IMG/VR virus record: IMGVR_UViG_2740892235_000010
Location: 1-32,931 of that record
DNA from: a virus
Taxonomy: Duplodnaviria; Heunggongvirae; Uroviricota; Caudoviricetes
Strand: one strand, 5' to 3'
DNA length: 32,931 bases
Notes under the pieces: model-generated
The model's input: the letters and a program-made list of their open reading frames with translations, nothing else
Database searches by the model: none
Told to the model about the DNA's origin: nothing
Shown: one piece after another, positions 26,303 through 32,931 of the stretch
Numbering within the stretch: the first letter of the stretch is position 1
How the letters are laid out: every line of letters begins with the position of its first letter
Made by a program: the position numbers and the translations under genes

Positions 26303-29300
26303 TAATAACCTGCGCCTGCAGGTCATTCTTAATGCGGTTGACAAACTCACCCGCCCATTCCGTGCTGCACAGGCCAGTTCGAAAGAGCTGGCTGGCGCAA
26401 TTCAGAATACCCGAAACAGCCTCAAAGAACTGAATAAGCAGGCTGGCAGAATTGATGAATTTCGCAAGACGCGCTCGCAACTAGCCATAACAGCCAACAA
26501 CCTGAACGCAGCCCGCGAAGAGGCGGCAAAACTCGCCACACAATTTGCTGCCACTAACAGGCCAACCGCCGCGCAGGCAAAGTTATTCAGTCAGGCCAAA
26601 ACACGAGTACAGGAACTTCAGCAGACCTATAACGGCTTGTTGGGGGCGGTCCAGAGACAACGTCAGGCACTTAAAGAATCAGGGATTGATACCAGACAAC
26701 TCAGTAGTGCCCAGCGAGAACTTAAGAAAAATGCCGAAGAAACTCGTCAGGCACTGGAGGGCCAGCAAAAAGCACTTAAACGTCTGGGTGAACAACAGGC
26801 ACGGATGAACGCTGCCAGAGAACAATACTCAAGACGGCTTGAAGTGCGCGATCGCATCGCAGGAGCCGGAGCCACCACCACGGCTGCAGGGCTGGCAATG
26901 GGCGCGCCAGTGATGGCGGCGGTAAAAAGCTATACCAGCATGGAAGATGCCATGAAAGGTGTGGCAAAGCAGGTCAATGGTCTGCGTGACGATAATGGCA
27001 ACCGCACTGCGCGTTTTTACGAAATGCAGGATGCCATCAAAGCTGCCAGTGAACAGCTGCCAATGGAAAACGGTGCTGTGGACTTCGCCGCACTGGTTGA
27101 AGGTGGTGCGCGCATGAATGTGGCAAACCCTGACGACAGCTGGGAGGACCAGAAACGTGACCTGCTGGCCTTCGCCAGTACGGCAGCAAAGGCGGCAACA
27201 GCCTTTGAGCTGCCAGCGGATGAACTGTCAGAAAGTCTGGGGAAAATCGCCCAGCTCTACAAAATACCAACCCGCAATATTGAACAGCTCGGTGATGCGC
27301 TGAACTATCTGGATGATAACGCTATGTCGAAAGGGGCAGACATCATTGATGTCATGCAACGCCTGGGCGGTGTGGCTGATCGTCTGGATTATCGTAAAGC
27401 GGCGGCGCTGGGTTCCACCTTCCTGACACTGGGTGCTGCGCCGGAGGTCGCTGCCAGTGCTGCCAACGCGATGGTGCGTGAATTGTCCATTGCCACCATG
27501 CAAAGCAAGAGTTTCTTTGAAGGAATGAATCTGCTGAAACTCAATCCTGAAGTGATTGAAAAGCAGATGACGAAGGATGCGATGGGAACTATCCAGCGCG
27601 TACTGGAGAAGGTGAACGCACTGCCGCAGGATAAGCGCCTGTCTGCCATGACCATGTTGTTTGGTAAAGAGTTTGGCGATGATGCGGCGAAACTGGCAAA
27701 CAACCTGCCGGAACTGCAGCGCCAGCTAAAACTGACAGCTGGCAATGATGCGCTCGGTTCGATGCAGAAAGAATCCGACATTAACAAGGACTCACTTTCT
27801 GCGCAGTGGTTGCTGGTCAAAACCGGAGCGCAGAACACCTTCAGCAGCCTGGGCGAAACGCTGCGCCAGCCGCTGATGGATATTCTGTACACGGTGAAAA
27901 GCATCACGGGGGCGTTGCGTCGCTGGGTGGAAGCTAACCCTGAACTGACGGGCACACTGATGAAAGTAGCAGCGGTTGTGGCTGCTGTTACTGTGGGCCT
28001 CGGCACCCTGGCTGTGGTGTTGGCTGCTGTGCTGGGACCGCTGGCAGTCATCCGTCTGGGATTCTCTGTGCTGGGTATCAAAACGTTACCTTCCGTTACG
28101 GCAGCAGTAACGCGAACCAGCAGCGCGTTGTCCTGGTTGGCTGGCGCACCACTTGCACTGCTGCGACGCGGGCTTGCTTCATCGGGCAACGCCGCAGGTT
28201 TACTTACTGCGCCGTTGTCGTCTTTGCGCCGCACGGCATCACTGACGGGAAATGTCCTGAAAACTGTAGCAGGTGCGCCGGTTGCACTTTTGCGGTCTGG
28301 ATTATCCGGTTTACGTGCTGTTGCTGTGATGTTTATGAATCCTCTGGCGGTACTGCGCGGTGGACTGGCCTCCGCAGGCACGGTGCTGCGAGTACTGGCA
28401 TCTGGTCCACTGGCGATGCTGCGCGTTGCCCTGTATGCCGTATCTGGTCTGTTAGGTGCTCTGCTCAGTCCGATAGGTCTTGTGGTTACTGCACTGGCGG
28501 GCGTGGCGCTGGTTGTCTGGAAATACTGGCAACCCATCACCGCATTTCTTGGTGGCGTGGTGGAAGGATTCAAAGCGGCGGCAGGTCCCGTCAGTGCAGC
28601 ATTCGAAGCGCTTAAGCCCGTGTTCCAGTGGATTGGCGACAAAGTACAGGCGCTGTGGGGCTGGTTTACTGATCTGCTGACGCCCGTTAAGTCGACCTCT
28701 GCCGAACTGCAGAGTGCAGCGGCAATGGGGCGGCGATTCGGGGAGGCACTGGCGGAAGGGCTGAATATGGTCATGCATCCGCTGGACTCCCTGAAATCCG
28801 GCGTTTCCTGGTTGCTGGAGAAACTCGGCATTGTCAGTAAAGAGGCTGCAAAGGCGAAACTGCCGGAAAGAGTGACGCGTCAGCAACCTGCGACGGTGAA
28901 TGCAGACGGTAAAGTGATGATGCCATCGGGGGGGGTTCCGTCATGGGGATATGGCTTTGCGGGGATGTATGACAGCGGCGGCTATATCCCGCGCGGGCAG
29001 TTTGGCATCGTCGGTGAAAACGGGCCGGAAATTGTTAACGGCCCGGCAAATGTGACCAGCCGGAGAAATACAGCTGCACTGGCTGCCGTTGTTGCCGGAA
29101 TGATGGGCGTTGCTGCCGCGCCTGCAGAGCTTCCACCGTTGCATCCTTTGGCACTTCCCGCGAAAGGCGACGAAGCGATGGTGAGTCGTGCAGCCACTGT
29201 GCCGCCCGTTCACCGGATTGAGGCACCGACGCAGATCATCATTCAGACGCAGCCAGGACAAAGTGCGCAGGATATTGCGCGGGAGGTGGCACGCCAGCTT

Positions 29301-29372
29301 GATGAACGTGAACGCAGGCTGAAGGCAAAAGCCAGGAGTAACTACAGCGATCAGGGGGGATACGACGCATGA
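26295..29372 (+). CDS. T: Tail tape-measure protein gpT
   Basis: 1025 aa. Coiled-coil N-terminus, hydrophobic repeats in the middle. Position between E/E' and U. Confidence 0.9.
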   Translation: MSDNNLRLQVILNAVDKLTRPFRAAQASSKELAGAIQNTRNSLKELNKQAGRIDEFRKTRSQLAITANNLNAAREEAAKLATQFAATNRPTAAQAKLFSQAKTRVQELQQTYNGLLGAVQRQRQALKESGIDTRQLSSAQRELKKNAEETRQALEGQQKALKRLGEQQARMNAAREQYSRRLEVRDRIAGAGATTTAAGLAMGAPVMAAVKSYTSMEDAMKGVAKQVNGLRDDNGNRTARFYEMQDAIKAASEQLPMENGAVDFAALVEGGARMNVANPDDSWEDQKRDLLAFASTAAKAATAFELPADELSESLGKIAQLYKIPTRNIEQLGDALNYLDDNAMSKGADIIDVMQRLGGVADRLDYRKAAALGSTFLTLGAAPEVAASAANAMVRELSIATMQSKSFFEGMNLLKLNPEVIEKQMTKDAMGTIQRVLEKVNALPQDKRLSAMTMLFGKEFGDDAAKLANNLPELQRQLKLTAGNDALGSMQKESDINKDSLSAQWLLVKTGAQNTFSSLGETLRQPLMDILYTVKSITGALRRWVEANPELTGTLMKVAAVVAAVTVGLGTLAVVLAAVLGPLAVIRLGFSVLGIKTLPSVTAAVTRTSSALSWLAGAPLALLRRGLASSGNAAGLLTAPLSSLRRTASLTGNVLKTVAGAPVALLRSGLSGLRAVAVMFMNPLAVLRGGLASAGTVLRVLASGPLAMLRVALYAVSGLLGALLSPIGLVVTALAGVALVVWKYWQPITAFLGGVVEGFKAAAGPVSAAFEALKPVFQWIGDKVQALWGWFTDLLTPVKSTSAELQSAAAMGRRFGEALAEGLNMVMHPLDSLKSGVSWLLEKLGIVSKEAAKAKLPERVTRQQPATVNADGKVMMPSGGVPSWGYGFAGMYDSGGYIPRGQFGIVGENGPEIVNGPANVTSRRNTAALAAVVAGMMGVAAAPAELPPLHPLALPAKGDEAMVSRAATVPPVHRIEAPTQIIIQTQPGQSAQDIAREVARQLDERERRLKAKARSNYSDQGGYDA
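28141..28440 (+). repeat. Degenerate ~60-nt (20-aa) tandem repeats inside the tape-measure gene
   Basis: About five consecutive units encoding PL(A/S)xLRxGLxSxG (APLALLRRGLASSG, APLSSLRRTASLTG, APVALLRSGLSGL, NPLAVLRGGLASAG, GPLAMLRVALYAV). Confidence 0.7.
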
Positions 29373-29854
29373 TGATGGTGCTGGGATTGTACGTGTTTAT
29401 GCTGCGCACCGTTCCGTATCAGGAACTGCAGTATCAACGCAGCTGGCGACATGCGGCAAACAGCCGGGTAAACCGTCGTCCGTCCACGCAGTTTCTGGGA
29501 CCGGACAACGACATGCTGACGCTTTCTGGTGTTCTTATGCCGGAGATAACGGGCGGCAGGCTGTCGTTGCTGGCTCTGGAGCAAATGGCAGAACAGGGAA
29601 AAGCATGGCCCCTGATTGAAGGCAGCGGCACGATTTACGGCATGTATGTGATTGAGGGACTGAATCAGACTAAAACGGAGTTTTTCCGCGATGGTATGCC
29701 GCGCCGGATTGAGTTTACCCTGTCGCTCAAACGGGTGGATGAATCCCTGTCCGATATGTTCGGTGATCTCAGTGCGCAGCTGAATAATTTGCAGGATACG
29801 GCAACGTCTGCCTTAAGCGATATCAGTAAAACGGTGGGAGGGCTGCTGTCGTGA
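29369..29854 (+). CDS. U: Tail protein gpU
   Basis: 161 aa. Position after T. Confidence 0.9.
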   Translation: MMMVLGLYVFMLRTVPYQELQYQRSWRHAANSRVNRRPSTQFLGPDNDMLTLSGVLMPEITGGRLSLLALEQMAEQGKAWPLIEGSGTIYGMYVIEGLNQTKTEFFRDGMPRRIEFTLSLKRVDESLSDMFGDLSAQLNNLQDTATSALSDISKTVGGLLS

Positions 29855-30951
29855 ATTTCAGCTCTGAACTGCTTAACAAAGGCAACAAAACTCCCGCATT
29901 CAGCATCAGTATTGAGGGGAAGGATATCACCACTGTGCTGGACAAACGCCTGATGGGGCTTACGCTGACGGATAACCGGGGCTTTGAAGCGGACCAGCTT
30001 GATCTGGAGCTGGACGACGTCGACGGAAAAATCGTGCTGCCGCGCCGTGGTGCGGTCATTACGCTGGCGCTGGGTTGGAAGGGGCAGCCGCTTTTCCCGA
30101 AAGGGGCATTCACGGTGGACGAGATTGAACACACTGGCGCACCGGACCGCCTGACTATCCGGGCGCGAAGTGCTGATTTTCGGGAAACGCTGAATACCCG
30201 CCGTGAAAAATCGTGGCATAACACCACCATCGGGGAAGTGGTGAAGGAAATAGCCGCGCGGCACAAGCTGAAGATGGCACTGGGTAAAGACCTGTCGGAT
30301 AAGCCCGTGGAGCATATAGACCAGACTAATGAGAGTGACGGCAGTTTTTTGATGCGGCTGGCGCGCCAGTACGGTGCCATTGCATCGGTGAAAAATGGCA
30401 ATCTGTTATTCATCCGGCAGGGACAGGGCAAAAGCGCCAGCGGTAAACCACTGCCGGTGATTACTATCACACGTAAGGACGGCGACAGTCACCGCTTTAC
30501 CCTGGCAGATCGCGGAGCTTACACGGGGGTAATTGCCAGCTGGTTGCATACCCGCGAACCCGCGAAGAAAGAAAGCACTACGGTGAAGCGTAAGCGCAGG
30601 ACTAAGAAGCAGAAGAAAGAGCCGGAAGCGAAGCAGGGCGATTACCTGGTGGGGACGGATGAAAACGTGCTGGTACTTAATCGCACTTATGCCAACCGGA
30701 GCAACGCTGAACGGGCAGCGAAAATGCAGTGGGAACGCCTGCAACGTGGCGTTGCGTCATTCTCGCTACAACTGGCGGAAGGGCGGGCAGATCTCTACAC
30801 GGAAATGCCTGTGAAGGTCAGTGGTTTTAAACAGCCAATAGATGATGCGGAATGGACCATTACGACTCTGACACATACCGTCAGCCCGGATAACGGTTTT
30901 ACAACCAGTATTGAACTCGAAGTGAAGATTTATGATCTTGAAATGGAATAA
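29851..30951 (+). CDS. D: Tail protein gpD
   Basis: 366 aa. Last late gene before ogr. Confidence 0.9.
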   Translation: MNFSSELLNKGNKTPAFSISIEGKDITTVLDKRLMGLTLTDNRGFEADQLDLELDDVDGKIVLPRRGAVITLALGWKGQPLFPKGAFTVDEIEHTGAPDRLTIRARSADFRETLNTRREKSWHNTTIGEVVKEIAARHKLKMALGKDLSDKPVEHIDQTNESDGSFLMRLARQYGAIASVKNGNLLFIRQGQGKSASGKPLPVITITRKDGDSHRFTLADRGAYTGVIASWLHTREPAKKESTTVKRKRRTKKQKKEPEAKQGDYLVGTDENVLVLNRTYANRSNAERAAKMQWERLQRGVASFSLQLAEGRADLYTEMPVKVSGFKQPIDDAEWTITTLTHTVSPDNGFTTSIELEVKIYDLEME

Positions 30952-31019
30952 AGTGTTCTCAATATTGATATTTTGTGTATCATTACAATGATTCTGATAG
31001 CAAAGGTAGGGATCTGGAT

Positions 31020-31238
31020 ATGATGAATTGTCCAAAGTGTGGTCATGCGGCACACACAAGGAGCAGTTTTCAAGTAACTGAAAGCACCAAAGAGCGTTAC
31101 TGCCAGTGCCAAAATATTAACTGCGGGAGCACTTTTGTTACCCATGAAACAGTGGTCCGGTTTATTGTGACACCCGCACTGATTGCTACTGCTCCTCCAC
31201 ATCCATTGCCAGGTGGTCAGGGGCATATGAATTTTTGA
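31020..31238 (+). CDS. ogr: Late gene activator Ogr (zinc-finger)
   Basis: Starts MMNCPKCGHAAHTRSS at ATG 31020. CxxC...CxxxxC zinc finger resembles P2 Ogr. Last phage gene before the attachment end. Confidence 0.85.
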   Translation: MMNCPKCGHAAHTRSSFQVTESTKERYCQCQNINCGSTFVTHETVVRFIVTPALIATAPPHPLPGGQGHMNF

Positions 31239-31245
31239 GAAAGAG

Positions 31246-31269
31246 AACCTGCTACGGCAGGTTTTTATT
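31246..31269. terminator. Hairpin terminator after ogr (possibly bidirectional)
   Basis: AACCTGC-tacg-GCAGGTT followed by TTTTATT on the plus strand. Overlaps the stop of the convergent minus-strand gene. Confidence 0.6.
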
Positions 31270-31748
31270 CATCTGGGATCTCACCCGTTTCAAGAAAATG
31301 TATAAAGCCAGGCTCATCTATGATGATTGTGCCTTTCATCCGGGCTGCCGATACTTTTGATGGGCCTGCATTGTAACCGCAACAGAGCATCTGAAGGCTT
31401 TGGGTTACAGAGGTTCTTACCGTTAATCCTTGTTCATTCGCCTTATCAACCAATCTTTCTTTATCTGCTTTCTTAAATCCGGTGAAACATACATCGAATG
31501 TATTTTTTTTTCGGACCAGACTGCTTGGTGAGATGTGAGTAGTTTTCGGGGAGGAATGACGCGCACTCCTGAATGGCTTGTTCTGGTGAATCGTACTGTT
31601 TAAGAATGCGGTCTTTTCGGAAGGTTTTTATTCGATCGGTGTTCTTACAAATGCCCTGTATATGATTTTCGCTATAACTGATGCTCTGTATAGAGTGAAC
31701 ACCGATACGACCATTTGCATTGATGTAAACAAAGTGAAGTTCTTCCAT
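31265..31748 (-). pseudogene. Small WYL-like + BRCT-like protein gene split by a frameshift at an A9 homopolymer (31503-31511)
   Basis: The N-terminal frame (31473-31748) carries a WYL-type signature (HIQGICKNTDRIKTFRKDRI). The downstream frame encodes a BRCT-like segment (FDVCFTGF...GPSKVSAARMKGTIIIDEPGF). Removing one A from the A9 run joins the two into one ORF of about 160 aa. Confidence 0.5.
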
Positions 31749-31832
31749 GTGAAACCTCTTTGCATGATTTCAAGATGGCGACAGGCAAGATGGACGCAAA
31801 AGTCTGTCGCCATTTTGCCGCCACTACCAAAG

Positions 31833-31861
31833 AAAAAGGGGCTACGCTTTCACGTAACCCC
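31833..31861 (-). terminator. Rho-independent terminator of ssrA
   Basis: On the minus strand, a GGGGTTACG-tgaaag-CGTAGCCCC hairpin followed by TTTTT, 10 nt after the tmRNA 3' CCA. Confidence 0.6.
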
Positions 31862-31871
31862 TTGATTTATT

Positions 31872-32234
31872 TGGTGGAGCTGGCGGGAGTTGAACCCGCG
31901 TCCGAAATTCCTACATCCTCGGTACTACATGCTTAGTCAGTCTTTACATTCGCTTGCCAGCTGCGGACGGACACGCCACTAACAAACTAGCCTGATTAAG
32001 TTTTAACGCTTCAACCCCAGGCAGGGCTTCCACGCGATCTCTTTTGGGTTTGACCTCTCTTGATCCCCGTCCTAAGAGCGGAGGCTAGGGAGAGAGGGCT
32101 CTAAGCAGGTTATTAAGCTGCTAAAGCGTAGTTTTCGTCGTTTGCGACTATTTTTTGCGGCTTTTTACGAGGCCAACCGCCCCTCGGCATGCACCTTGGG
32201 TTTCGCAAATCCCGTCGAATCCAGAATCAGCCCC
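31872..32234 (-). ncRNA. ssrA: tmRNA (SsrA), 363 nt
   Basis: Reverse complement reads GGGGCTGATTCTGGATTCGACGGG...GCGGGTTCAACTCCCGCCAGCTCCACCA, the E. coli tmRNA sequence as recalled, including the tag-coding region. Confidence 0.95.
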
Positions 32235-32448
32235 AATGTGTAAAGGTAAGTATACCAGATTTATGAGCGCCATGACCAGCCTCAATGGCGTTATCGTTAA
32301 AGATTTAGCACCCATGTAGCCTGATTTTTATTCGATTAAGCAATGGGATGGCAACATTTGTGTCGGATGTGATAGCCAATAAGATGTTCATTCGCGCCGC
32401 CGGAGAGGGAGGCGCGGTGAGGAACTGGTCAATAATTGGAGTGCAGGT

Positions 32449-32931
32449 TTAACGGTGGGCGTTTTTCATGATACGTGCTTTATCCACCTGCCATTCGCGT
32501 TCTTTGATATCTGAACGTTTATCGTGCTGTTTTTTACCTTTGGCGACGCCGATTTTCACTTTGCACCAGGCATTTTTCCAGTACAGGGAGAGCGCCACTA
32601 CGGTATAGCCTTCTCGATTGACGCGACCGTACAATGAGTCCAGTTCGCGTTGGTTGAGAAGTAACTTGCGGGTACGGGTAGGATCGCACACCACATGCGT
32701 GGAGGCCACGGCCATTGGCGTGATGTTAGCGCCAAACAGAAATGCCTCTCCGTCACGCAGAAGGACGTAGCTGTCGCTGATATTGGCTTTTCCTGCGCGC
32801 AGGGATTTAACCTCCCAGCCTTGCAGGGCAAGTCCCGCTTCGAACTCTTCTTCGATAAAGTATTCGTGACGGGCGCGCTTGTTAAGCGCGATGGTCGCTG
32901 AACCAGGTTTATGTGCTTTTTTCTTCGTCAT
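32449..32931 (-). CDS. smpB: SsrA-binding protein SmpB, 160 aa
   Basis: [33 protein letters not shown]... matches E. coli SmpB as recalled. Start codon is at the window edge (32929-32931). Upstream of ssrA in the same orientation. Confidence 0.95.

Noticed and set aside
27389-28831. 480-aa ORF on the minus strand
   Set aside because: Lies entirely antisense to the tape-measure gene T in a GC-rich region. The translation is low-complexity (Ala/Ser/Pro/Thr/Arg-rich) with no start context. A typical spurious antisense ORF.
29665-30470. 215/216-aa minus-strand ORFs
   Set aside because: Antisense to gpU and gpD. Artefacts of GC-rich coding sequence.
1-32931. Insertion sequences, transposases or CRISPR arrays
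   Set aside because: No transposase-like ORF, terminal inverted repeats with target duplications, or repeat-spacer arrays were seen. Mobility of the region is explained by the prophage itself.

Overview
This window is a nearly complete P2-family (Peduovirus-like) prophage sitting next to the host smpB-ssrA locus, carrying an AT-rich cargo block that looks like a C-protein-controlled type II restriction-modification system. The tmRNA and SmpB sequences look Escherichia-type from memory. Gene order left to right: int (window begins exactly at its stop codon), C repressor, cox, a cluster of small early genes, replication gene A, the cargo block (HTH controller + 351-aa candidate nuclease on the minus strand, divergent C5-cytosine methyltransferase) in the position where P2 carries tin/old, cos, Q and P (minus strand), then O N M L X Y K lysA lysB lysC R S V W J I H G FI FII E/E' T U D ogr (plus strand), a small frameshifted WYL-like/BRCT-like gene, the ssrA terminator, ssrA and smpB. 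Other points worth a second look are an AT-rich convergent gene pair of unknown function in the early region, an internal ~480-bp duplication in tail-fibre gene H, and degenerate ~60-nt tandem repeats in the tape-measure gene. There is a 10-N scaffold gap at 23418-23427 flanked by a 139-bp duplicated sequence, which I read as an assembly artefact. No searches or computations were run: all assignments rest on gene order, ORF sizes and motifs read from the supplied translations and recalled from memory of P2, and GC content is judged by eye. Many ORF-track starts are TTG/GTG or sit upstream of the likely true start, so start coordinates are approximate.
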